A stretch of DNA of 43,730 nt from a virus: UHGV virus genome UHGV-1360180. One strand, given 5' to 3'. Below the pieces are notes generated by a model. It saw only the letters and a list, made by a program, of their open reading frames with translations. It searched no databases and had not been told where the DNA came from. The position numbers were made by a program, and so were the translations under genes. This document shows positions 1-8,262 of this stretch, piece by piece (position 1 is the first letter of the stretch; every line of letters starts with the position of its first letter).

Positions 1-77
1 AACTCTATCGCGCCGTAGACAGGCGGGATAACACAGAGGCGCTATGGCTGTTGCGTGCGCCGTCCGGTGCGCACCAG

Positions 78-263
78 ATGAAAGAGATGGCGTACTTAGG
101 CAAAGTACCGCGGCCTAAAGATATAGGCCGTCACGTGTCGCAGATTAAGCGCACGACATTTGCCAAACCTGACTTTTATGTCTTCGAGTCGATGTATGGG
201 TGGGCTATGCACTGCGAACATAAGACACGACATTTAATTGACCAGTGGGAGAGCAGGGTATGA
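78..263 (+). CDS. Hypothetical small protein; reading frame is open back to the window start and in frame with an ATG at 43721
   Basis: ORF track 51..263 (TTG start); first in-frame ATG at 78; overlaps start of downstream nuclease gene. Confidence 0.3.
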   Translation: MKEMAYLGKVPRPKDIGRHVSQIKRTTFAKPDFYVFESMYGWAMHCEHKTRHLIDQWESRV

Positions 264-1534
264 TTTTAAAGGAACGCGGTGGCAATAACGATGTGCACGC
301 CTTACTGTCGCCGTCTGGGGCGAAAAAGTGGCTGTCATGCGCGGCGTCACTGGCCTGTGAAAAAGATATTCCTAACACTTCGGGTAAATCCGCCGTTATA
401 GGGACCGCGTGTCACACCATAGCTGAGGTACATCTCAACGCCTATATACGCGGTACTGCGTTGCCATTAGAGCGTGAAGTCGGTGCTTACGTGCTGGATG
501 AAGGTAAAGGCCAGATTAAGGCGCTAATAAGCCCGATGAAAGGTGCGGTACTGATTACGACGGATATGATTGAGCAGGTGCGCAAGTACACCGATTACTG
601 CAAAGCGATTATCGATGTAGCGACTTACGCCAAGCTGGAAATGCGCGTCAATCTTACTGAGGTATTGCATCCGGGCTACGAAGGCATTGAGACGTTCGGC
701 ACCGCCGACCTTGTTGCCGTTCAGGAACTGGCAAACACTGACGAGCACATGCTCATTATTGGCGACCTTAAAACGGGACGGCATCGTGTCGAAGCGAAAG
801 AAAACAAGCAGCTAATGCTTTACGCTCTCGGTGTTTATCGCCGACTCAGGAGACGTTATAACATCACAGTTGTTCGTCTTGTTATCTTCCAGCCGTATGC
901 TGGCGGTGCGTCCGAGTGTGACATCTCGGTTGAAGGTCTGGAACTGTTCGCTAAGTTCGCACAGAAACGCGCTCTGTTAGCGCTTGACGCCTATTCACGT
1001 GGCAAGAAGAACCTGAAAGCGTCGGACTTCAAGCCATCGGCAGATGGTTGTCAGTGGTGTCGGTTCTCCGAACAGTGCGCAGCGCGTACAAAAACAGTTA
1101 ACTCGGTGCTGGCGGAAGAACTGGAAGACGACTTTGCACTGGAGCTTACACCAGAGCAACTCGCAGCTGAGTATGAGAAGTTGCCGTTGTTGCGCCAGCA
1201 CATCGACAAGGTGGAGAGAGCTATGGCTGCTGCGTTGCATTCAGGTAAGAAAGTGCCTGGGTACAAGCTGGTTGAAGGTCGTCCCGGTAATCGTGCGTGG
1301 AAAGATGAAGACGCAGTAAATAAATTCAGAGAAAACCATGTAAACGGCTACTTATTAGATAAACTAGTGCCAGTTACCCCAACAGAAGCAGAAAAAACCA
1401 TAGGTAAAATTGACCCAGAACTGTGGGAAGAATTGGCTAAACTCGTGACCCGTAAGCCTGGCGCGCCATGTGTTGCAACGGCAGACGATAAACGTCCTGA
1501 GTGGAATCAGGTAACAGAGGAGGATTTAGAATGA
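260..1534 (+). CDS. PD-(D/E)xK exonuclease, Cas4/RecB-like with 4-Cys cluster
   Basis: ORF track 245..1534; likely ATG at 260 after GAGCAGGG. Nuclease-like IGDLKTG motif, N-terminal Cys (WLSCAAS) plus C-terminal CQWCRFSEQC as in Fe-S Cas4-like nucleases; sits immediately upstream of SSB-like and DNA polymerase genes. Confidence 0.6.
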   Translation: MILKERGGNNDVHALLSPSGAKKWLSCAASLACEKDIPNTSGKSAVIGTACHTIAEVHLNAYIRGTALPLEREVGAYVLDEGKGQIKALISPMKGAVLITTDMIEQVRKYTDYCKAIIDVATYAKLEMRVNLTEVLHPGYEGIETFGTADLVAVQELANTDEHMLIIGDLKTGRHRVEAKENKQLMLYALGVYRRLRRRYNITVVRLVIFQPYAGGASECDISVEGLELFAKFAQKRALLALDAYSRGKKNLKASDFKPSADGCQWCRFSEQCAARTKTVNSVLAEELEDDFALELTPEQLAAEYEKLPLLRQHIDKVERAMAAALHSGKKVPGYKLVEGRPGNRAWKDEDAVNKFRENHVNGYLLDKLVPVTPTEAEKTIGKIDPELWEELAKLVTRKPGAPCVATADDKRPEWNQVTEEDLE

Positions 1535-1767
1535 TTCGTAAAATGTTCAGGGTGCTTGGCGGGCTTGTGGCCTTCGTAGTTTACTGGGCAATGTTAGTGC
1601 CGCTTCTAGTTATCCTTCTTCCGCTCACGGTCTACGTTGCGATTAAGTACGAAACGGTAGACCCCGAGCAACTTGACTCAACGAAGGAAATTAAATGGGT
1701 GCAGAATTTGGAGGGGCCTTTCGAATACGTACTGATAGTTGAGAAAATAACTGGCTGGAAGGGTTGA
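1531..1767 (+). CDS. Small membrane protein
   Basis: ORF track 1501..1767; ATG at 1531 preceded by GAGGAGGA; strongly hydrophobic segment LGGLVAFVVYWAMLVPLLVILLPLTVYVAI. Confidence 0.4.
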   Translation: MIRKMFRVLGGLVAFVVYWAMLVPLLVILLPLTVYVAIKYETVDPEQLDSTKEIKWVQNLEGPFEYVLIVEKITGWKG

Positions 1768-1792
1768 CACCTGAATAGTTAACTATTATAGT
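1764..1792 (+). promoter_or_regulatory. Sigma70-like promoter TTGACA-N17-TATAGT with AATAGTTAACTATT palindrome in the spacer
   Basis: TTGACA 1764-1769, TATAGT 1787-1792; perfect 14-bp palindrome 1774-1787; 55 nt upstream of SSB-like gene. Confidence 0.45.
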
Positions 1793-1846
1793 TCTAATCA
1801 CTGGCCGGGCAGCTTCCCGGAGTAAACTTAAAAGCGAGAAATCAAG

Positions 1847-2479
1847 ATGGGTATTAAACTGAATCTGCGTAAAGTAAACACTGCCTGGGTTAACGTATTT
1901 GAACGTGCCGCCGACTCTGAGGACAAGAAAACCGGTAAACTGATTAAGGGTAAGTATCAGGTTACTGTTCTTATGCAGCCTGACCATCCTCAAATTGATG
2001 CGCTTTACGACACCGCGTTGGAAGTTGTAACAGATGCAATCGGGGCCGCTGCTGCCGAGAAATGGATGAAGGCCAACTACGGTGTAGACCACCACGCAGA
2101 CAAATGCTGCGTCCGTGACCTGGCAATGCGAGATAATCCGATTGAGGATTTTGAAGAAGGTCTGTATTTCCGCGCTACAAACAACCGCCAACCGGTGATT
2201 ATGACATCGGCTAAAGGTGAAAAACAAACCGAGCCTGATTTCAACATCGACGGGAAAGAAATAGAAGGCGAGCAGGTATATAGCGGATGTATCGCAAACG
2301 TATCTGTAGAATTATGGTGGCACAAAGATTGGAAAAACCTGTGCGCTACCATCCTCGGCATCAAGTATATGGGCGAAGGTAAACGCTTCGGCGGCTCCAG
2401 TGTAGTAGCGAGCACCGACGACCTGGAAGACGACGAAGAAGATGAAGCACCGCGCCGCGAACGTCGTCGCCGTGGTTAA
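1847..2479 (+). CDS. Single-stranded DNA-binding protein-like (DUF2815-type) with acidic C-terminal tail
   Basis: 210 aa; acidic tail DDLEDDEEDEAPRRERRRRG; position between exonuclease and DNA polymerase typical of phage replication cassettes. Confidence 0.5.
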   Translation: MGIKLNLRKVNTAWVNVFERAADSEDKKTGKLIKGKYQVTVLMQPDHPQIDALYDTALEVVTDAIGAAAAEKWMKANYGVDHHADKCCVRDLAMRDNPIEDFEEGLYFRATNNRQPVIMTSAKGEKQTEPDFNIDGKEIEGEQVYSGCIANVSVELWWHKDWKNLCATILGIKYMGEGKRFGGSSVVASTDDLEDDEEDEAPRRERRRRG

Positions 2480-2500
2480 TATCTGAATCTGTTTAATTAA

Positions 2501-2520
2501 GGCCCTTTATTGGGCCTTTT
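2501..2520 (+). terminator. Rho-independent terminator
   Basis: GGCCC-TTTATT-GGGCC hairpin followed by TTTTT, directly after SSB-like stop. Confidence 0.5.
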
Positions 2521-2537
2521 TACTAAGGGTCAAAATA

Positions 2538-4811
2538 ATGAGTTATCTGTTCTTAGACTTTGAAACCTTCTCCGAAGCCGATTTGAAGAAAGTCGGCTCC
2601 TATGCTTACGCCGAACACCCGACTACCGAAGTGCTCATCTGCACCTATGCTTTTGATGACGAGCCTGTTCAGGTATGGGACTGCACTGACGGCAGCGACA
2701 TGCCGGGAGATTTACACCGCGCGTTACGCCGTCTGGTGAAGCCAAACAGTCGCATTAAGATGGTGTGGCATAACGGTGGACTTTTCGATAGGCTCATCAT
2801 GAAGAACTGCTGGGGCTTCGATATTCCGGTCAGCAACACCATTGACACTATGATTTGGGCGTTTCGCCACGCGCTGCCGGGTTCACTTGACGCATTATGC
2901 GAAGTGCTGGGCGTATCCGCCGACAACGCGAAAGATAAACGTGGCAAGGCTCTGATTCAGCGTTTCTCCAAACCAACCCCGAAGAACTATAAAATCCGCC
3001 GCTACACCGCCGAAACGCACCCGGACGAATGGGCGCTGTTCATCAAGTACGCCGTGAGCGACATCACAGCGATGCGTGAAGTCTTCCATAAGCTGCCACG
3101 TTGGGGTAACTCCGATTTCGAGGACCGTGTACTTGAACTTGACCAGTTAATCAACGACCGAGGCTTCTTTGTTGATGCGGCTCTTGCTGAGGCGGCGGTA
3201 GCAGCAGTTGAACGCCACAAGCAAGAGCTAAAAAACGAGGCCAGGGCTAAATTTGGCGGGAAGCTAACGGGTAAAGACTTCCTGCCAATCCTTCGGGAGC
3301 TGGCACCGGCCTACAATATCTATAATGCGCAGAAAGCAACGCTCGAAGGTTTGCTAGAGGACGACGACTTACCTGACGATGCGCGCACAATCATTGAGAT
3401 GCGCCTCGGCGCGGCCTCCACGGCGTCGACAAAATACAAACCGCTCCTGCTAGGACGGTCCAAAGACGGCCGCCGCCGCGGTTGCATCCAGTACGGTGGG
3501 GCAAAGCGCACTTTACGATTTGCGGGTAAAGGGTTCCAGCCGCAGAACCTGTCGCGCGGGTACTATCATGATGACCCGACTAACGAGGAGAAGAAACTTG
3601 TACGCCAGCCGTGGGAGTCCGACGAAGACTGGAACCGTCGTCTCAACCCCCTATCGTTCGGCATCAATCTGCTGCTAAAGGGTCGGGCGCACCGTCGTTT
3701 CGACGTATCCAAGCTGACAGCCTCGACTGTTCGCAGTTGCATCATCCCTGAAAAGGGTAGTAAGTTGCTCGTTGCCGACTACTCAAACGTAGAAGGGCGC
3801 GGGTTGGCCTGGACCGCGGGGGAGACATCCGCGCTTGAGACCTTCCGCGCAGGGATTGATATTTATTGCGCCACCGCGGGCAAGATGTTTGGCATGGACC
3901 CCGTAGAACTAAAAGCCACCCGTAAGGACCTACGTCAGGTCGGGAAATGTTGCGAACTCGGCCTCGGCTACGAGGGGGGCGTAGGGGCTTTTATGACTAT
4001 GGCTAAAACTTACGGGCTGGACCTCTTTAAAATGACAGAGACAATGCGGGGCACGTTCCCCGACCACATTTGGGCGGCTACCGCCCGTGGCTACGAATGG
4101 GCCAGAATTCAGGAGGCTAAACGACCCCCAAAACCCGGTAAAAAAGATGAACGGGCCTCTTATGTGCTGCCTAAAGAAGTCTGGCGCACTTGCGATGCTA
4201 TCAAGCGCATGTGGCGGGAAGCCCACCCGGAAACAGTGAAATTCTGGAACGACCTTAAGGATTCGGTAATTGCTGCAATCAGAAATCCGGGACGAGAGTT
4301 TTGGGCGGGGGCCAGAGTCCGCCTCAACGGCGACAGAGCTATCCGCATCTGGCGTACTAAAGAGAAAGACAGACAGGGTAACTTTGTGCCGGGTTGGTGG
4401 TTGTGTGTAGAACTGCCGTCAGGGCGCATCATGTCATACCCCGGCATAGGTCTGAGCGTTACTAAAGAGACCGACGAGGACGGGCGCGTAACAACTAACG
4501 TTCGCATTAAATACCAGGGCGAAAATCAGACCACCCGCCAGTGGACAACTTTGTACACACACGGCGGAAAATTGTGTGAAAACATTATCCAGGCGTTGTG
4601 TCGTGATTTACTGGTTAACGGACTCCTGACGGTCGAGGCAGCGGGCTACCCAATTGTACTTCACGTACATGACGAATGCGTCGCCGAAACACCAGACACA
4701 CCGGAGTACACGGTTAAAGAGATGGGCGACCTATTATGCTCATTACCTGAATGGGCTGAAGGATTCCCGCTAACGTGGGCCGGGGAAGAGGTGTACCGTT
4801 ATGCTAAGTAA
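2538..4811 (+). CDS. DNA polymerase, family A, with N-terminal 3'-5' exonuclease domain
   Basis: 757 aa; Exo I LFLDFETFS, Exo III-like YAVSD; PolA motif A DYSNVEGRGLAW, motif B RQVGKCCELGLGYEGG, motif C HVHDECV. Confidence 0.8.
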   Translation: MSYLFLDFETFSEADLKKVGSYAYAEHPTTEVLICTYAFDDEPVQVWDCTDGSDMPGDLHRALRRLVKPNSRIKMVWHNGGLFDRLIMKNCWGFDIPVSNTIDTMIWAFRHALPGSLDALCEVLGVSADNAKDKRGKALIQRFSKPTPKNYKIRRYTAETHPDEWALFIKYAVSDITAMREVFHKLPRWGNSDFEDRVLELDQLINDRGFFVDAALAEAAVAAVERHKQELKNEARAKFGGKLTGKDFLPILRELAPAYNIYNAQKATLEGLLEDDDLPDDARTIIEMRLGAASTASTKYKPLLLGRSKDGRRRGCIQYGGAKRTLRFAGKGFQPQNLSRGYYHDDPTNEEKKLVRQPWESDEDWNRRLNPLSFGINLLLKGRAHRRFDVSKLTASTVRSCIIPEKGSKLLVADYSNVEGRGLAWTAGETSALETFRAGIDIYCATAGKMFGMDPVELKATRKDLRQVGKCCELGLGYEGGVGAFMTMAKTYGLDLFKMTETMRGTFPDHIWAATARGYEWARIQEAKRPPKPGKKDERASYVLPKEVWRTCDAIKRMWREAHPETVKFWNDLKDSVIAAIRNPGREFWAGARVRLNGDRAIRIWRTKEKDRQGNFVPGWWLCVELPSGRIMSYPGIGLSVTKETDEDGRVTTNVRIKYQGENQTTRQWTTLYTHGGKLCENIIQALCRDLLVNGLLTVEAAGYPIVLHVHDECVAETPDTPEYTVKEMGDLLCSLPEWAEGFPLTWAGEEVYRYAK

Positions 4812-4932
4812 ACTTATTATCGCGGTACTGGCGGGGTTCGCCGCCGGTGTCTACTGTCACGAAGGACAATACGGCATGGTGGTTGCGGTACTATGCATGC
4901 TCATTGCGATGTATCTGTGGGTGCTGGAATGA
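4801..4932 (+). CDS. Putative 43-aa membrane micro-protein
   Basis: ATG at 4801 overlapping polymerase stop; hydrophobic MLSKLIIAVLAGFAAGV...; below 60-aa ORF-track cutoff, found by manual translation. Confidence 0.25.
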   Translation: MLSKLIIAVLAGFAAGVYCHEGQYGMVVAVLCMLIAMYLWVLE

Positions 4933-5018
4933 AAATTTACCGGTTATATGAAGAAGACTGCCGAATCTGCCCGCGCTGCGGGATTGAACACACTAAACGT
5001 GAGGGGTGCGTATTATGA
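4929..5018 (+). CDS. Putative 29-aa Cys-rich micro-protein
   Basis: ATGA overlap with upstream ORF; CRICPRCG...C pattern. Confidence 0.2.
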   Translation: MKIYRLYEEDCRICPRCGIEHTKREGCVL

Positions 5019-5167
5019 CAATGTTTGTATTTTGGACGATAGTAACCATGCTCGCACTGTTACTCGGTGCGGGAATAGCCGCGATGTTCTGCTACGGCCT
5101 GTTCTTTAAGTTTGTTGGCGTTGCCACCATCGGCGGGGCTTTCCTCACCTGGATTCTGCGGCCATGA
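5015..5167 (+). CDS. Putative 50-aa membrane micro-protein
   Basis: ATGA overlap at both ends; two hydrophobic segments. Confidence 0.25.
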   Translation: MTMFVFWTIVTMLALLLGAGIAAMFCYGLFFKFVGVATIGGAFLTWILRP

Positions 5168-5448
5168 CTAAAGAGGGCCGCATCCAGAAATACGCAAAAG
5201 AGCGATTCGAGGCCCTCGGTGGCCTCGTACGTAAGATGGTGTATGAGGGTAGAAACGGAGCGCCTGATCTGCTAGTAGTACTTCCGGGAGGGGTGATATG
5301 GTTCGTCGAGGTGAAGAAAGACGAAAACACGGAACCGGAGGCCCATCAGTTGCGGGAACACAAACGGCTTCGTAAACGTGACGCAAATGTTTTTGTAGTA
5401 GGAACAAAAGAAGAGGTTGACGACCTAATAGCGAACTATTATAGTTAG
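5164..5448 (+). CDS. VRR-NUC domain nuclease
   Basis: 94 aa; PDLLVV...WFVEVKK motif (PD-(D/E)xK core) typical of VRR-NUC proteins. Confidence 0.6.
   Translation: MTKEGRIQKYAKERFEALGGLVRKMVYEGRNGAPDLLVVLPGGVIWFVEVKKDENTEPEAHQLREHKRLRKRDANVFVVGTKEEVDDLIANYYS
5417..5445 (+). promoter_or_regulatory. Promoter-like TTGACG-N17-TATAGT with AATAGCGAACTATT palindrome
   Basis: Same architecture as 1764-1792 and 43090-43118; lies in 3' end of VRR-NUC gene upstream of ORF at 5479. Confidence 0.35.
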
Positions 5449-5478
5449 TCCTACACCAACAATATAAGGAATTGAGAA

Positions 5479-5670
5479 ATGAAACACGAATATGACCGCA
5501 AACCAGCACGTGACATCGTACCGGGTGACATGATTTTCAACGTTAAGACCCGTCGGCCTGTTGCCGTCGATACGGTGTTCGTCGAGTCGGACGGTAAACT
5601 GGTTATTGAAGACGTAACCGGAAACGTTACGGCGTTCGGGCGTAAAGAGCTGGTACTGGTGGCGAAATGA
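5479..5670 (+). CDS. Hypothetical protein
   Basis: 63-aa ORF, ATG start, GGAAT/GAGAA upstream. Confidence 0.4.
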   Translation: MKHEYDRKPARDIVPGDMIFNVKTRRPVAVDTVFVESDGKLVIEDVTGNVTAFGRKELVLVAK

Positions 5671-6596
5671 ACTATTACAATGAGTGGGATAAAGGCGCAG
5701 CCGCGTGGCTGCGTGAATTAATAAAGCAGGGTCACATACCTTTTGGAATTGTAGATGAAAGAAGCATTACCGAAGTTAAACCTGAAGACCTCGACGGGTT
5801 CACCCAGTGTCATTTTTTCGCTGGTATCGGCGGCTGGCCTCTCGCGCTCAGACTTGCGGGAGTTTCGGAAGATACGCCTCTCTGGACGGGAAGCCCGCCT
5901 TGCCAACCGTTTAGCGCGGCAGGAAAGCAACTCGGACAGTTCGACCCAAGACACCTCGCGCCCGTATTCCTTGACCTCATCAGCGAGTGCTGCCCTCCAG
6001 TCCTCTTTGGTGAACAGGTTGCGCCAGCAATTGCAAAATCGTGGATGTGCGACTTACAAACTCACCTGGAGGGAGAAGGCTACGCCGTCGGGTTTGCGGT
6101 ACTCCCAGCTTGTAGCGTCGGCGCGCCACACAAACGCGACAGACTTTTCTTCGGCGCGCACAGACTGGCCCACACCGGCGGTATCACTGATAACAAACGA
6201 CGCGAACATGCGCAGCACAGACGGCAGGACGAAACCGAACAAACTGGGATGGGCTGCCGCGTTGGCGGCTTGGCCTACACCGACAGCGAACGACTACATG
6301 GGGAGCGGAAAGACAGGTATTCGCAAGGACGGGAAGGACAGGACATTCGACAGGCTGGACTACTCGACGGAGCAGGGTCTGAAAATAACACAACCAATTC
6401 GCATCACGGCTTCTGGTCAGATGCTGACTGGCTCGGATGCCGTGATGGAAAGTTCCGGCCAGTTGAACCCGGCACATTCCCGCTGGCTAATGGGATACCC
6501 GCCAGAGTGGGACGATTGCGCGGTTATGGCAATGCCATCGTCCCGCAAGTAGCCGCTGAATTTATAAAGGCGTTCATGGGGGCGGTAAATGAGTAA
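5667..6596 (+). CDS. DNA (cytosine-5)-methyltransferase with internal frame discontinuity
   Basis: Motif I FFAGIGG, motif IV GSPPCQPFS, motif VI-like LFGEQV, motif VIII PHKRDRLFF and motif X GYGNAIVPQVAAEF in frame of 5667; WPTP repeats and motif IX RWLMGYPPEWD lie in the +1 frame (ORF 5755..6552). Confidence 0.65.
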   Translation: MNYYNEWDKGAAAWLRELIKQGHIPFGIVDERSITEVKPEDLDGFTQCHFFAGIGGWPLALRLAGVSEDTPLWTGSPPCQPFSAAGKQLGQFDPRHLAPVFLDLISECCPPVLFGEQVAPAIAKSWMCDLQTHLEGEGYAVGFAVLPACSVGAPHKRDRLFFGAHRLAHTGGITDNKRREHAQHRRQDETEQTGMGCRVGGLAYTDSERLHGERKDRYSQGREGQDIRQAGLLDGAGSENNTTNSHHGFWSDADWLGCRDGKFRPVEPGTFPLANGIPARVGRLRGYGNAIVPQVAAEFIKAFMGAVNE

Positions 6597-8013
6597 GTTT
6601 CAAAGACGCGAGTACCAGAAACTCATGACCTCGTTCATGTTGCGACACCATCGCTGCAACATATGGGCAAGCATGGGCGCCGGGAAGACTGGCAGCGTAC
6701 TGTGGGCCTTAAACCGACTGTTCCGTAATGGGCAACTTAATGACGACGACCGAGTGTTAATCCTGGCCCCGCTGCGCGTTGCATCCGGTACATGGCCCGC
6801 TGAACAAGAGAAATGGCGGTTCCCATGTCTGCGTGTCGTCGATGCAACAGGTTCAGAGAAACGCCGCATCGCGGCGCTGGAGTCTGACGCTAACGTGGTG
6901 TGTACGAACTACGAAGTTATCGAGTGGTTGATTGACTACTACGGCAAAGACGACTGGCCTTTTACGGTTATCGTTGCTGATGAGAGCACGAAGCTTAAAT
7001 CGTTCCGCAGCCGTTCAGGCGGTAGCAAGAGAGCAAAGGCGCTTAGTAAAGTGGCGTTCGGTAAAGTTAAGCGTTTCATCAACCTGACAGGTACACCGTC
7101 GCCAAACGGCCTCAAAGACTTGTGGGGCCAGAACTGGTTTATCGACGCGGGCGAGCGACTCGGTTCTTCCTACACGGCATTCACCGACCGCTGGTTTAAC
7201 TCGATACAGAAAGGTAAGTCAGCTATGGCGCGGGAGTATCACGCACGACCAGGTGCGGATAATGAGATTCATCAGAAAATGAAGGACATCAGTCTTACGA
7301 TTGACGCCGCCGAGTGGTTCGGGTGTGAAGCGCCGATTATTGTGCCGGTTGAAATCGACCTGCCGAAGAAAGCACGTCAGGCGTACATCGATATGGAGGA
7401 GAAGTTATTCGCGGAACTGGAGAGCGGGGAAGTTGAAGCGGCTAATGCGGCGGCGAAGACGTCGAAGTGCCTACAGATTGCGTCCGGTGCCGTGTATGTA
7501 TCGGGGCCGGACGGCGAAGCAACGAAAGACTGGGAGAAAGTGCACGATACGAAACTGGACGCGCTGGAGTCGATTGTTGAGGAGTTACAGGGCGCACCGT
7601 TGCTGGTGGCCTATCAGTTCAAGCATGAACTGGAGCGCATCCTTAAGCGATTCCCGCAGGCGCAGGCGTTTGCCAAAGGGGCTAAGGGTAATAAGCAGAT
7701 GGAAGCGTGGAACCGTGGTGAAATCGAAATCTTGTGCGTCCACCCTGCGTCAGCCGGGCATGGTTTGAATTTACAGGATGGGGGACATCATCTGGCGTTT
7801 ATTTCGCAAGGCTGGAACCTTGAGCACTATTTGCAGGTTGTCGAGCGTATAGGCCCGGTCCGCCAGAAACAGGCAGGCCACGAGCGACCAGTGTTCCTGT
7901 ACCACATCGTTGCTAAAGACACGCTGGACGAGGTTGTCGCCGCGCGTACAGACGAGAAGAAATCGGTACAGGAAGAGTTGCTTAATTACATGAAGAGACG
8001 AGGTAAAAAATGA
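6589..8013 (+). CDS. SNF2/DEAD-like superfamily 2 helicase
   Basis: Walker A ASMGAGKTGS, DExx-like VIVADESTKL; 474 aa. Confidence 0.65.
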   Translation: MSKFQRREYQKLMTSFMLRHHRCNIWASMGAGKTGSVLWALNRLFRNGQLNDDDRVLILAPLRVASGTWPAEQEKWRFPCLRVVDATGSEKRRIAALESDANVVCTNYEVIEWLIDYYGKDDWPFTVIVADESTKLKSFRSRSGGSKRAKALSKVAFGKVKRFINLTGTPSPNGLKDLWGQNWFIDAGERLGSSYTAFTDRWFNSIQKGKSAMAREYHARPGADNEIHQKMKDISLTIDAAEWFGCEAPIIVPVEIDLPKKARQAYIDMEEKLFAELESGEVEAANAAAKTSKCLQIASGAVYVSGPDGEATKDWEKVHDTKLDALESIVEELQGAPLLVAYQFKHELERILKRFPQAQAFAKGAKGNKQMEAWNRGEIEILCVHPASAGHGLNLQDGGHHLAFISQGWNLEHYLQVVERIGPVRQKQAGHERPVFLYHIVAKDTLDEVVAARTDEKKSVQEELLNYMKRRGKK

Positions 8014-8234
8014 AGAGTAGTCGTGTTAGCGAAATCGCCGCGTTGGGTTTTAAGACATTAGAAAGTGGTAAGAAAATATCCCCTCGCGCGTACGAAACGG
8101 TGGGCAGTGCGGAGATAGTTGAACTTGCTTTAAAAGTTAAGGAACTCGAAGAGGAGGTTCTACGACTACGGCAGCAAAGAGATGCCGCTAATGCTACGCT
8201 GTCGTTTGTACTGGAGAAGCTATCGGAAGAGTAG
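8010..8234 (+). CDS. Hypothetical protein, predicted coiled coil
   Basis: 74 aa, ATG overlapping helicase stop. Confidence 0.4.
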   Translation: MKSSRVSEIAALGFKTLESGKKISPRAYETVGSAEIVELALKVKELEEEVLRLRQQRDAANATLSFVLEKLSEE

Positions 8235-8240
8235 AGAAAA

Positions 8241-8260
8241 GGCCCCGTTTGGGGCCTTTT
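8241..8260. terminator. Bidirectional rho-independent terminator
   Basis: GGCCCC-GTTT-GGGGCC flanked by AAAA and TTTT, between convergent genes. Confidence 0.55.
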
Positions 8261-8262
8261 CA

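Noticed and set aside
7301-7768. 155-aa Arg-rich ORF in an alternative frame of the helicase gene
   Set aside because: Extreme Arg/Ser composition typical of an out-of-frame reading of GC-rich coding DNA; the helicase frame carries the conserved motifs.
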